The translations under genes and the position numbers were made by a program. A stretch of DNA of 64,000 nt, from the NCBI RefSeq assembly GCF_009914755.1, contig NC_060925.1. One strand, written 5' to 3'. This document shows, in pieces, positions 1 through 24,522 of this stretch. Positions within the stretch are counted from its first letter, which is position 1. Each line of letters begins with the position of its first letter. Source of the stretch: the human T2T-CHM13v2.0 reference genome, Homo sapiens. The notes beneath the pieces were generated by a model, which had not been told where the DNA came from, did not search any database, and saw only the letters and a program-made list of their open reading frames with translations.

Positions 1-138
<138 letters not shown>

Positions 139-183
139 TAACGGTTGCTCCTGCCCTTCTTGCCAACCGCAACCCTCCCTTGA

Positions 184-336
<153 letters not shown>

Positions 337-493
337 TAGGAGGTGAAGAAAACTGAGATTTCAAGTATGGGAGAGTTTTTACTATCTCCATTCCTGGATT
401 AAAAGTGCTGAAAAAGTCCACAGTTAAACATTCCTTTATTCACCCTATGGCTCCCAAGAAAAGCATTCTTCCTCTGGAGTACTGGTGTACTAA

Positions 494-838
<345 letters not shown>

Positions 839-871
839 AGTTCCCAGTGTGGGAGAAAGGAGCTAGTTTGC

Positions 872-877
872 AATAAA
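872..877 (+). terminator. Candidate MSTO1 poly(A) signal (proximal AATAAA; a second at 994-999)
   Basis: AATAAA 34 nt after the stop codon. Confidence 0.55.
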
Positions 878-1285
878 AACAGCTGGATGCAGGAGCCCAG
901 TGTCTTCATGCAGAGGAGCTCAATGTCGCGGGACTAGCTACACCAACATATGCACTTTTTACATTTAGAAACACTGTGATTAGACCACAGAACAATAAAT
1001 ATGTGCCATCAGACCAAAAAAAAGTAGAGAAAGGAGCTGAACTCCACTCTCGATGCTACTTACAGAGGACATCTGTAAAGTCTTCATAAAAGACCTTGAA
1101 TGATGCCTAGGATGGCAGAGCCCCTGGGTCCTACTCCATCCTCCAGCCTTTGTCCTTGTCCTGGCCTCCTGCTCTCCAGATCTGTAAACTGGGCTCAAGG
1201 ACTGTACAAGCAGAGTACAACTACCCGCCTCCCCGGTGCCAGGGCGCCTGTTGGGTTTGGTCCTGTGTAGATGATTCCCAGAGTC

Positions 1286-1435
1286 TCATTCATCCAGCTC
1301 CTCTTCAGACAGAAGGTCCCCATGGTCAGACAGCTGGTCTGCATTGCTGGTACTGGTTGCATCATCCTCATCCTCAGAGCTGGCTTCACAGGCAGTGTGG
1401 AAGAGCTGCATGAGTTCTCGAAAATGGTGGGAAAC
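1286..1435 (-). pseudogene. GON4L-duplicate terminal exon (end of SANT/Myb-like domain plus acidic tail)
   Basis: cttag acceptor (plus ct 1436-1437); [49 protein letters not shown]; open frame. Confidence 0.85.
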
Positions 1436-1632
1436 CTAAGAAAGGAGGAGGGCTGTATTCACTGATCCTTAGTAACATGTTAACATTTATGAAGCACTAT
1501 ATATTGATTTGCAAAATCTTTTGTTTATTCCACACAGCAAGGTTGAGAGAGCTATGTCACTATAGATAAGGAAACTCAAGAGGCTAAATGTTTTGCCCAA
1601 AGTCACACGACTCCTAAAAACAAAACTAGAAT

Positions 1633-2001
<369 letters not shown>

Positions 2002-2136
2002 TCAAGCCTTTCCTTAGATCAAACCTTTACAAAAACCACTTATCTTGGATATGAAAACTCCTTCTTTGGCCTTTCTGTCTCTTAGTTGGCCACCTTGACC
2101 TCTTTTTGCCAGGTCTTCACCCCAACCCGCACCTAC

Positions 2137-2239
2137 CTCAGCAGGGGTCTTATTTCCCAGCTGCTGGGAGATGATGCTGAAGGTCTGTGGCTGTGCCCCT
2201 TGCTCCTGGCACATGGTGAGGATCACACGGTCAGCTTCC
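2137..2239 (-). pseudogene. GON4L-duplicate exon (SANT/Myb-like core)
   Basis: Canonical AG/GT; (R)[34 protein letters not shown]. Confidence 0.85.
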
Positions 2240-2329
2240 CTGTAACCCAGGTATCATGATTAACCCTAGGGAGCCACATGGATGTGGTCTATGCTCTTTT
2301 CCAAACACACATCATCCACCCTTACCTAC

Positions 2330-2960
2330 CTTGTCCACAGGACAACCTTTTCCCCAGTGGAGCTGACCTTGCTGTTATTGGCACACACCGTAGCTTCTGT
2401 GGCCTTTGGCTGCTGTTCCCCCTCTGGACCCTTGCCCTGTGTTCCACTGTCTTTAGCCAAACCCCCTCTAGGGGCTTTGGGAGAAGTCTCTGAGGTGTCA
2501 ATTCCTGATGGAGATTCATGGACAGGGCACGTCCTGTCTCTTGTCTTCACCCTAGCTCTGCTTGAGGGCAGCCATCTCTCTTGAGTGTCTGGTTTCCCGG
2601 ACACATGTCTTCTCCCTGCATCTCTGGTCTTTGAGGAAACAGGACTCAGGAAGGAAGCAGGGGGTTCCACGGTACCAGGCAATTTCTCAGTTTCTGATGC
2701 ATCCCAGACCAGCATCAAAGCCTCTGACTCACTCACTGCCTTTTGGCCCTCCCTCTCTTTCTGAAGTCTGGGGGATGCCTTGGGGCAGGAGCGAACCTCA
2801 GGCCCAACCTGGTTTCTCTTAACAGTGTACAGTACAGCTCCAGTTGTGGGGGGAAATTGAGGAGTCTCTGGTGAATGAGGTGGTGGGCCATCCAGGAGGA
2901 GCCGTTCTGTAAGAGTCACTTCTCGAGGGGATGGCAAAGTGCCCCCCACTGCCAATCCTG
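2330..2960 (-). pseudogene. GON4L-duplicate large 3' exon
   Basis: taag|CAG acceptor and gtaggt donor; uninterrupted ORF AGLAVGGTLPSPREV...EKVVLWTR (ORF 2326..2955). Confidence 0.85.
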
Positions 2961-3069
2961 CTTAGGAGGAAAATAAGGATCCCAGGGTACTGTGAGGATC
3001 AAGATGCACCTAAGCACGAGAAATTACCTGTGGCCAGGTACTGTGCAAAAATTCTAATAAAAAAGAGTG

Positions 3070-5055
<1,986 letters not shown>

Positions 5056-5449
5056 AGGGGAAGGGTATTAATACTGGATTTGATTCCTAATGATTCCACT
5101 CTCCACTCCACCCTACTGATCTCCAGCTAGGGCACTATTCCAAGCAGAGCAAGGAGGTAAGGCCCCTCCCAGGTCCCAGAACCTCCTTCGCTGAACATCC
5201 CTTCCAGCACATCCATGGCATTCCTGAGCCTGTGAAGATCAGACAGGCTCCGGTTTCAGGTAGCAATCCCTCCCTATCCCAGTGCTTTATGCTTTGGGTG
5301 AGCCTGAAAAGTCCTTGCCTTTTTCATCTCCTCCAGGAAGCCCATGAGCCTCCAGAGGCAAAAAGGTATGGAGTAGGTTGGGGAAAGAGACAAGGGAAAG
5401 GCCTAAGGCCCGGAAGACAACAGGAAGAAAGCAGGACAGGAAAGAATAC

Positions 5450-5593
5450 CTCGGTGATCTCCTGGGGAAGGCAGTCTGCACAGCCTTGGAGGACCTTGAT
5501 AATCTTCTGGTGGTGTGAGGGGTTCTCTGCAAAGCAAATCTCCAGCTGCCGAAGGAACTTGCGGCTCTTCTCAAAAGCCTGCTGCTCCTCAAA
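5450..5593 (-). pseudogene. GON4L-duplicate PAH-domain exon
   Basis: ctggtag acceptor and gtattc donor; 144 nt, [48 protein letters not shown]. Confidence 0.8.
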
Positions 5594-5920
5594 CTACCAG
5601 AGTGGAAAGTGGGCAAAAGAGGAGTCATGATACAGCTAGAGCAGGACTTGAGGGTTCTAAGGATAAGAACTAGTGGACTAGGACACAAGAGATGACAGAA
5701 CCCTGGTTTAAAATTCTAGTTTACAACTATTGAGATCTAATTTAAAACCCTAACCTCCATCCACCTTGGGCCACTGGTGGGTAGCCACCCAAAGCAATTA
5801 AGATGTGAGCAACAGCTTCAAGAGATGTATATATTTCATGTTGTTTGCTGTATTATGGATGTGAAATGAGACACTCAAACTCATGTAATACTTTAGAGCT
5901 TACATTACGAAGAATTTTCA

Positions 5921-7893
<1,973 letters not shown>

Positions 7894-7895
7894 CT

Positions 7896-8582
7896 TAATT
7901 ATCTCTCTCTCTTTTTTTAATCCTGTTTACCTCTCTTCGGATGCTCTAGGGGCCCTCTGTAGCTGTAGCATTCAAAAGCCAGGGGTCAGGAAAGAGAATC
8001 TTGCAACTGAAATTTGATTTTGGGAAGCCTGTTGAATATGTTACAGGTTTTTGTTTTTGTTTGTTTTTGAGACAGAGTTTTGCTCTTGTTGCCCAGGCTG
8101 AAGTGCTGTGGCACAATCTCGGCTCACTGCACCCTCTGCCTTCCAGGCTCAATCTATTCTCCTGCCTCAGCCTCTTGAGTAGCTGGGATTACAGGCATGC
8201 GCCACCACGCCCAGCTAATTTTGTATTTTTAGTAGAGACAGGGTTTCCCCATGTTGGTCAGGCTGGTCTCCAACTCACGACCTCAGGTGATCCACCTGCC
8301 TCGGCCTCCCAAAGTGCTGGGATTATAGGCGTGAGCCACCATGACTGGCCCTTACAGGTTTAAAACTCTTGATATTATGAAATAGAATTTTAGATTACCA
8401 TAAGTCATTTGTTTTGCCAAAAGGATGACTCAAAAATTTGAAAAAGCAAAATGCTTTGATTAGCCTTTACTATTACATAAAAATCCTGTTCAAGAGAGAA
8501 AGCCAAATTTTACCCTTGCATAAGTCTGCTATTAATGTTAACCCCAATTTTAATGAAATCCTATAGACAATTCTATTTAATC
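7896..8582 (-). mobile_element. Distal internal fragment of the outer Gly-PBS ERV1 provirus (Alu at ~8047-8350)
   Basis: AT-rich ERV internal sequence that continues at 24533 once the insert bounded by caattctatt(t/c)aatc is removed. Confidence 0.6.
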
Positions 8583-8602
8583 TTTTTTTTTTTTTTTTTT
8601 TT

Positions 8603-8954
8603 GGCAGTGGCAAGATTTATTAAAGTGAAAGTAAAGTTTCCACATGGTGGAAGGGGACCTGAAAGGGCTGCCATTTTTGGCTTGGGTGTCTTATACTTAT
8701 ATCCCCTTATGACCCCTCCCCTTTTTCTTTTTCTGTCCTATAGAATTAGCTTATTTTCTATCCACTTGTGGGTAGGTGGGCATGATTGGTTAAAAACATC
8801 AGGCTGCAGCTAGAGCTTAAACTCCCTATATGATTGGTTGAAGGTTCAATCCCTTAGTTTGCAGCTATAACTCATTTTGGCTTAGGGGAAAGTTCCCTTA
8901 GGGAAGTCCCTATTGACCCAGGAAGTCCAGCCAATTTAGCCACTTAGTCCCTCA
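8603..8954 (-). repeat. U3-R (no U5) of the processed ERV
   Basis: Starts TGAGGGAC after a polypurine tract (GAGAGGAGGGAC); CCAAT boxes, TATA-like ~8690-8701, AATAAA ~8616-8621; ends in poly(A). Confidence 0.8.
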
Positions 8955-9113
8955 GTCCCTCCTCTCAAAAGGAAAGCCCAAGTGCCGTTGGGAAGTTGGG
9001 CAACAATCATTCTAGCTACTTCCTGCTGAGCTGGGGTGTAGAAGGGGCTCTGCAGTTGAGCCTTCCTCAGGAGGGGAGTCTTCAGTGTCATGGTGCAAGA
9101 ACAGATTGGTGGG

Positions 9114-9600
9114 TCAGTCTAGGGGTCCTCGATAGCAGGTGCTAGTGGTGGTCATTTGGGGCTCCATCTGTAGAATCATTTGCAGTTTCATGGATTCTAT
9201 TCTGGAAGAGACAAATTTTACAAGGAGGTTAAAAATGCAGGGTCCAGAGATAAGCAACATCACAATAGCCACCAAGGGTCCCAAGAAGGGGAGAAACCAG
9301 GGCATCCATTGGTTGACAATACTCCAAAGTCCTGTGTCTTGGAGCTCTTGTGCCTGGCACTGTATCTGGTCTCGAAGCTCCTTAACCTTTTTTGGTGACA
9401 ATTCTGTATTGATTAACAAAATAGTAACACTCTTCTCCTAGAAAAAGACAGGTTCCACTTCTTTCAGCTGTTAATAAATTTAAGGCTTTCCAATTCTGGA
9501 GGGCTACTGCTGCTAAAGAGTTAAGCTAGCTTTGTAAGGTGACCAGTGAATCTGCAACTCGTTCCATGTCATCATTTAACTCTTGTGATAATTTGTAATA
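9114..9600 (-). pseudogene. env TM remnant (HERV-W/syncytin-related) of the processed ERV
   Basis: QWMPWFLPFLGPLVAIVMLLISGPCIFNLLVKFVSSRIESMKLQMILQMEPQM; ISD-like LQN region upstream is disrupted. Confidence 0.8.
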
Positions 9601-10259
9601 TGTTGGGGTGATCAGACCCAACACCAGGCTGTGGGGGCTACGAAGTCCGGCGGAGTCAAAGGAATGAGATAAGTTAAGAGTGCAAGAAGTGGGACCAGGG
9701 GGTCAATGCTAGTATGGAGGCTGTGAAGGCCCTGAGCTCTTGAAGCCCGCACTATTTATTGGTGATCAAACAAAGAAGCAGGTGGTGAGGATGTGGGGGT
9801 TCAAAGAAAGCAGTGTATCAAGTGTGTGATCTACAGCTGTGACAGTTTAGCATTTTCTTTGAAGCATATGGAACATGTTCTGCTACTTGAGATAATGGGG
9901 AACATGTTCTTCTAGTTTAAGACACAATCGATCTATGAGCCTGGGAGGGCTAGAAACAAGGAGCCAGCAAATCTAGACACATTCCAGAGGCCACAAGGGG
10001 TTTTATGCCCTGAGCCCTGGATTCCATTCAAGCCATGAGGGGTTTTATGCCCTTGGCTTAGAGTGTGGTGCAGCAGGGCAGCCTTTCACCCTTTGGCACA
10101 GAGCTTGGTGTTCCAAAGGCCACAAGGGGTTTTAGACCCTGGACCCTGGACCCTGGACCTGTTCTAAGACTCTTTTACATTATGTCAGACATGCAAGCCC
10201 TGCCTCAGCTTTTTCCCCAACACTCAGCTTTTTTCCCAACACTCAGCTTTTCCCCAACA
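9601..10259 (-). mobile_element. Solo LTR, LTR14-type (HERV-K HML-1)
   Basis: TG...CA ends; minus strand begins with TGTTGGG(A)nGCTGAG repeats; 6-bp TSD gtaata/gtaaga. Confidence 0.75.
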
Positions 10260-10519
10260 GTAAGAGAATTGGGTGGAGGTGGTAATGCCTCCAATGCCAG
10301 TTCCTAGACCTCCTAGTATCCTAGCCCTGAAAATGAATGGCAGGATAGTCGAGGTATGCTGAGATGCTGGGTTTGACAGATCTTTAAAGGCAAATAAAAA
10401 TTGCGAGTTAGGATGCAGAGGGATGCAGAAGAAAGCGTCCATAAGATCTAGGACTGTAAACCATTCTGCTTCCTCTGGTATCTGGGAGAGTAGAGTATAA
10501 GGATTAGGTACAACTGGAT

Positions 10520-11031
10520 TGTTGGGAACAAGCCCCTCCAAATCTGGTCATAAACTGGCCCCAAAACTGGCCATAAACAAAATATCTGCAGCACTGTGAC
10601 ATGTTCATGATGGCAATAAAGCCCATGCTGGAAGGTTGTGGGTTTACCGGAATGAGGGCAAGGAATACCTGGCCCACCCAGGGCAGAAAACCACTTAAAG
10701 GCATTCTTAAGCCACAAACAATAGCATGAGTGATCTGTGCCTTAAGGACATGCTCCTGCTGCAGTTAACTAGCCCAACCTATTCCTTTAATTTGGCACAT
10801 CCCTTCATTTCCCATAAGGGATACTTTTAGTTAATTTAATATCTGTAGAAACAATGCTGATGACTGGCTTGCTGTTAATAAATACGTGGGTAAATCTCTG
10901 TTCAGGGCTCTCAGCTCTGAAGGCTGTGAGACCCCTGATTTCCCACTTCACACCTCTATATTCTGTATGTGTGTCTTTAATTCCTCTAGTGCTGCTGGGT
11001 TAGGGTCTCCCTGACCAAGCTGGTCCTGGCA
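10520..11031 (+). mobile_element. Solo LTR, MER9-type (HERV-K HML-3)
   Basis: 512 bp, TGTTGGGAACA...GGCA; perfect TSD ctggat (10514-10519 / 11032-11037); interrupts the host RT. Confidence 0.85.
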
Positions 11032-11639
11032 CTGGATACAGGGGAACAACTGCCTCAATGATAATTCAGAGGTCTTTCACTAACCTCCACTGTCTGTTGG
11101 GTTTTTGTATGCCTAGAATAGGACTGTTGCCTGGACTGTTGCATGGCTTTACTAATCTCTGTGCTTGTAGGTCTTTGACAATCTTTTGTAACCCTTGTTG
11201 GGCTTCTGGTCAGAGGGGGTACTGCTTTGATAAGGAAAGAAAGTAGGATCCTTTAATTTAACTTGAACTGGACAAGCATTTTTTGCTTGTCCATACTGCT
11301 CTTGCTCTTCCTCTGCCCAGACTTCAGGATTAACTCCCTCCTTGAGTAGGGCAGCAAACAGGTATTCCTTCTCCTATATTCAAGTATATAATGGCCCCTG
11401 CTTTAGCTAATATGTCTCTCCCTAGTAAAGGAGTAGGGCTCTCAGGCATAATAAGAAAGGCATGTGAGAATAATAAGGTTCCCCAGTCACAATTTAGGGG
11501 GTGGGAGAAATACCTAGTGACTGAGTGTCCTAAGACCCCTTTGATGGTGAAAGACCTGGAGGATAGTTGTCTGGGACAGAAGAGTAAAACTGACAGGGCC
11601 ACGCCATTGTCCAGGAGGAAGTTAGTTTCCTGGTCCTCA

Positions 11640-13161
11640 CTGGTTAAGCTTACCTGGGGCTCTGTGATGGTGATGGCATTGGGCTGGTGCCTGCCCTGGG
11701 CACCCTCAGTCTTGTTGGACCATCTGGTTAGTGGCCTCTGGCCCAGAGGACCTTCACCCTAAGGGGCAGTGTGCCTTCCAGGGATCTCCCTGGCACAAGG
11801 GACATGGACAAGGGGGTGGCTTATTGTTGTTTGGGCAGTCCTTTTTGAAGTGACCCTGTAAGCCACACTGATAACAAGCCCTGTTAGGTGGGTTGCCTGC
11901 CCAGCCTTTCTTTCTTTCAGAGCCACTGAAGCTCGTCTGCCTGAGAGCCATGACTAAGGTGGCAGCCTTTTTCTTGTCTCGTCTGTCTCGTTCAGCCTGC
12001 TCCTCCTGATCCCTATTATAAAACAACAAATTTGCCAAATTTAATAGAGTTTCCAAATTTTGCTCGGAGCCCAGGGCAGACTTTTGAAGTTTTTTTCTAA
12101 TGTCTGCAGCTGACTGAGTGATAAACTTATCCTTTAAAATTAGCTGGCCTTCAATAGAGTCAGGTGACAAAGAGGTATGCTTTCTTAATGCCTCCCTTAG
12201 CCTCTCTAAAAATGCCGTAGGGTTTTCTTCCTTTCCCTGTGTTATGGTGGACATAATTGAGTAATTCATTGGCTTTTTTCTGGTCTTTCTTAATCCCTCT
12301 AGTATACAAGTCAGTAAACGCCTGTGACTCCAGTCTCCATGCTCCGAATCGAGGTCCCAGTGGGGATCCACACTGGGAACTGCCTATTGGCCTGTGGTGA
12401 ATTGTTCCCTTTCTTCTGATGTCGTTTTATCATTTACCTGGCTTAGGTACCAGAGATCCCCAAACTCCTGGGCCGCAGCTAAGGTGGCCTCTTTTTTGTT
12501 AGGAGTTAATGTTTGACCTAAAAACAACAGAATATCTCTCCATGCTAAATCAAAAGATTGTCCTAATCCCTGTAAGACGTCTACATATCCATCAGGATTA
12601 TCTGAGAATTTTCCTAGGTCCAGTTTGATCTGTTTTAAGCCTGAGAGGGAAAAGGGGACATGTACTTGTGCTGAGCCAAAGTCTCCTCCTCCCACGGCTT
12701 GGAGGGGGCACAATCAAGGTCCATTGGTGCCTTTTGGTTCCTTGACTATCTTTTTGTCTGGTTCCTTTTGGGCTGATAAGGCCAAAGGAGAGTCCTTACT
12801 AGTGGGATGGGGAGCCATGGGGAGACCTGGGTATGGGGATAGGCTTTGAGGACCCCTGGTAGGATGTAAATTACATTTTTTACATAATTGTGGGTTATCC
12901 CTTAGTGAGAAAAAAAACCTGTAGATATGGCACTTCACTCCATTTGCCCTCTCGTTTACAAAAGAGATCTAGCTGTAGGATGGTATTATAGTTTACACTT
13001 CCCTCGGGTGGCCATGTCTCTCCTCTGGAAAGAGGATACTGTGGCCAGGTGGTACTGCATAAAAATATAAGTCACTTCTTCAGCATTTGAGGGTCAAATT
13101 GGTCCCAATTATCCAGAATACACCTCAGGAGTGGCTTCACTTTTGAAGGAATGTCTCCCAT
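11640..13161 (-). pseudogene. Disrupted gag of the processed ERV (pro remnant at ~11330-11640)
   Basis: ATG at 13159-13161; [32 protein letters not shown], zinc knuckle [14 protein letters not shown]; stops and frameshifts. Confidence 0.8.
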
Positions 13162-13231
13162 CTGAAAGGAGAACATAGGAGTGCCCGCACCTCTAGTCAT
13201 CCCCTAGTGAGCACTAGCCCTAGGGCATCCC

Positions 13232-17998
<4,767 letters not shown>

Positions 17999-18001
17999 TC
18001 A

Positions 18002-19497
<1,496 letters not shown>

Positions 19498-21421
19498 TTA
19501 TCAAATTTAGAACGACATTGACTAGCCCAATGTTTTCCTTTTTTACATCTTGGACATAAGTCAGGTGGCTCTCTACCTGTTGTAGTTGCTTGAATAGTTA
19601 TATTCTGTTTATTTAAGACTGGACAATTCTTTTTTAAGTGACCAATTTGACCACAATTATAACATTTTCCTCCAAATGTTCTAACTTGTCCTCCTAAAAC
19701 AACTCCTGTTATTGCTTGAGCCATAAGCATAGCTTTATGCATAGCTCCTCCGATTCCATCACAGGCTTTTACATATTCTGAGATTACATCTGATCCTGCA
19801 GGAACCTTTCCTTTTAATGGCTTAATGGCTGATTGACATCAGGATTGGCGTTTTCATATGCCATCAACTCCACTATGACCTTACGGGCTTTTTCATCGGC
19901 AATTGACTTTTGAGCAACATCTTGGAGCCTTGCCACAAAATCAGGATAGGGCTCTTTTGAACCTTGTCTTACTGTATTAAATGAGGGGCAGGTACTTCCT
20001 GGGTCTTGGATTTTTTCCCAGGCTCTAAGGCAGATAGCTCTAACTTGCTCAATGGCCTCATTTTGCATTAATGCTTGTTGACTAATAGTACTCCAATTTT
20101 GACCTATTCCTAATAGTTGATCTGCATCTATGTTAACTGGAGGATTGGCAGCCCTATTTCTTCGGACCTGTTCTTGTACCCCATCAATCCACCAAGTCTT
20201 AAATTGTAAAAATTGAGAGGGTGAGAGAGACGATTTTGCCAGAATCTCCCAATCATAAGGAATGAGTCTATGTCCATGAGCAATGGAATCTAATAATGTC
20301 CTCATATAAGGGGAGTTGGGTCCATACTGTTTTACTCCCTCTTTCATATCTTTTAGCATTTTTATCGAAAAAGACTTGTATCTGGCCTCAACTGTGGGAG
20401 GCTCTCCCTCTTGGGCTCCTTCTCCAGGTGGCATCGGTTCTAACGTTACTGGGAATTGCCATGCCTCAGTATCTCCTTCCTTTCTTGATTTATCAATAAT
20501 TTCATGTAATTCACTACCCTGTCTACTAGGTGGTGCCGTAGGATTAAGTCTCCTAGTGGGCGGCTGAGGGTATGGCGCCCTGCCCTGTGGTGCTGGGGGC
20601 ATTCCTGGATATCCATACTGACTTTCTGGGGGTGGCCGATACTGAAGTTCAGCCGGAGGCCAGTATTGATAGGCTACTGGCGGTTGGGTCTTATTTTCTT
20701 TAACCTGCTTTTGAGGTTGTAATGTTACGGGCACCTGACCTGCTGGAAGATGACTTGTGCCTCGTGGTTTAGACTCTGATGGCCCCACTAATTCTGGACC
20801 TTTTCCTTCTAATTTTAACGTTTCAGGATATATCACCTCCTGTAATTGATTATAGTCAACATTTTGCGTTGACTGAGCCATTACCGGCTCTGCTACATAT
20901 TCGCAATGTAAACCTTCCGTTTCTTTCTGGGATTTTTTCCTTGTGTTTTCATTACAATCTATTATACAGCTTCCAAGGGCATCAGAAACTGAAACGCTAT
21001 CTTCTTCTGTTTGAAATGGTTCTAAAGCTGCTTTAATAATGGCCCAATCATTCCATACTGTAAGTGGAATGATATTACCCTTCCTACCTGCTTGTTTTAG
21101 TTCCTTACCAATTCTTTTCCAATCTTTTAGATCTAAAGTTCCTTGTTCTGGAAACCATGGGCAAAATTGTTCTATTATTTGAAATAGCTTGATTAGATTT
21201 TTTGTAGATACTTTAACTCCCCCTCTTTTTAAAAGAATTTTAATAAAGCTGAGATAAGAGGCATATTTACTTTTAATTTTACTTTTAGTTTGCCCCATTA
21301 TCACCCTAGCTTCTTCCGAGCGCACAAGCTTACCGTAAGGCTGACTGTAGATGTACTCGGGATCTCTCGTCGACTTGTCCTCAATGACCACGCTCGAGCG
21401 TACCTTCACCCTAGAGAAAAG

Positions 21422-21439
21422 CCTCCACGTTGGGCACCA
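21422..21439 (-). promoter_or_regulatory. tRNA-Lys primer binding site of K102 (major splice donor at 21332-21333; env acceptor at 16012-16013)
   Basis: TGGTGCCCAACGTGGAGG two nt after the 5' LTR; ACG|GTAAGC donor; TTTCACCAG|GAG acceptor. Confidence 0.88.
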
Positions 21440-21441
21440 GA

Positions 21442-22409
21442 TGTAGGGGTGGGTTGCCCCTACACACCTGTGGGTGTTTCTCGTAAGGTGGGATGAGAGA
21501 TTTGGAAAAGAAAAAGACACAGAGACAAAGTATAGAGAAAGAAATAAGGGGACCCGGGGAACCAGCGTTCAGCATGTGGAGGATCCCGCCAGCCTCTGAG
21601 TTCCCTTAGTATTTATTGATCATCTGTGGGTGTTTCTCAAAGAGGGGGATGTGTCAGGGTCACAAGACAATTGTGGGGAGAGGGTCAGCAGACAAACACG
21701 TGAACAAAGGTCTTGGCATCATAGACAATGTAAAGGATTAAGTGCTGTGCTTTTGGATATGCATACACATAAACATCTCAGTGCTTTACAAAGCAGTATT
21801 GCTGCCCGCAGGTCCCACCTCCAGCCCTAAGGCGGTTTTTCCCTATCTCAGTAGATGGAGCATACAATCGGGTTTTATACCGAGACATTCCATTGCCCAG
21901 GGACAGGCAGGAGACAGATGCCTTCCTCTTGTCTCAACTGCAAGAGGCATTCCTTCCTCTTATACTAATCCTCCTCAGCACAGACCCTTTACGGGTGTCG
22001 GGCTGGGGGACGGTCAGGTCTTTCCCTTCCCACGAGGCCATATTTCAGACTATCACATGGGGAGAAACCTTGGACAATACCTGGCTTTCCTAGGCAGAGG
22101 TCCCTGCGGCCTTCCGCAGTTTTTGTGTCCCTGGGTACTTGAGATTAGGGAGTGGTGATGACTCTTAAGGAGCATGCTGCCTTCAAGCATCTGTTTAACA
22201 AAGCACATCCTGCACCGCCCTTAATCCATTCAACCCTGAGTTGACACAGCACACGTTTCAGAGAGCACGGGGTTGGGGGTAAGGTCATAGATTAACAGAA
22301 TCTCAAGGCAGAAGAATTTTTCTTAGCACATAACAAAATGGAGTCTCCCATGTCTACTTCTTTCTACACAGACACAGTAACAATCTGATCTCTCTTGCTT
22401 TTCCCCACA
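21442..22409 (-). repeat. K102 5' LTR (968 bp)
   Basis: Near-identical to the 3' LTR; followed by the PBS. Confidence 0.95.
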
Positions 22410-23238
22410 CATCCCCTATGGTTCTAGTGTCCTTTACTTTCCAGGGTGCTCAATCACCCATGGAACCCTGCTTAATGAATTTAATTGTGCTTACCGACAT
22501 AGCAGTTCTGCCTGAATTTGTTTCCTGTCCTTTTTTAGCCACAAAGAAAGAGGTCCTGGGCTGCTGGATTTTAGTGGCTCCTTAACAGCATGCCCACAAT
22601 TGCCTTTGCATCTGCAAGTGGGTCTTAGGTTTGGGGTGTATTTTGAGTTTAGAGACCAGGCACCAGTTAGCATATTTCTGGGCTTGGAGCTGTCCCAGCA
22701 AGATAAATTCCTTGAAAATGGCACTATAGCACAACAGTTTTAGGGAAGGCAGCGGCAAATTGGAGGACCAAAGTTGGAACTGTGCTTTTCATACCTGAAT
22801 CTTCTGTCCCCTATTTGCCCTCCTAAGAATATTCATTGACCTTTGGACTTGAATCAGGGGACCTATTGTCTATTATATTGTTTTTGGCCCATAAGTATGA
22901 CCACTTCAAGTGGAGAAGTTCTACAGTTCTAATCGCTGATTCCAGACAGGAAAGGTGGTAATTAAAGGAGTCTCTACAATCTGGAGTAAGTTTAGGACAA
23001 CAAAAGGAAAAATGTCTTAGGCCTTCTATCAGCCACTGACATGCCTTTTGATGTTCCAGATAGTACCTAGGGTACAGGTTATGAGGGACAGGTCCCGTGT
23101 AAGTATACTGATACCCATTTGCATAAGAATAAGCCTGGGGACACCATGGGCAAAGGTCTTTGGATTACCTCCCCACTTGACTTAGGCTCCTAGCCAAAAG
23201 ATTCTTAGACTTGATCTAGGAAAGATCCTAGAGGATAG

Positions 23239-23790
<552 letters not shown>

Positions 23791-23968
23791 TGATCCACCC
23801 GCCTTGGCCTCCCAAAGTGCTGCAGTTACAGGTGTGAGCCACTGCACCCGGCCGCTTGTCACATTTAAATGGCTGACAGGTGCCTGGTGTTTTCTTCCAA
23901 TTTCTAATGAGAAGATAGAACAGAATAGCAAGCAAGAGGGGTTCAATGTTACTCACTGCTTTGGAGAA

Positions 23969-23986
23969 ATCCTGAATGTGTCCCCA
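23969..23986 (-). promoter_or_regulatory. Degenerate tRNA-Pro-like PBS of the processed ERV
   Basis: TGGGGACACATTCAGGAT four nt after U5 end; resembles Pro PBS TGGGGGCTCGTCCGGGAT. Confidence 0.55.
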
Positions 23987-23990
23987 GAAA

Positions 23991-24522
<532 letters not shown>

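Noticed and set aside
5450-5593. Including the PAH exon in the latent mini-GON4L mRNA
   Set aside because: It ends in phase 0 while the next live acceptor (2960) needs phase 1, giving an early TGA
9985-10259. Short direct repeats (ggccacaaggggttt..., cactcagctttt...) resembling an array
   Set aside because: Internal repeats of the LTR14-type U3; no unique spacers, not CRISPR-like
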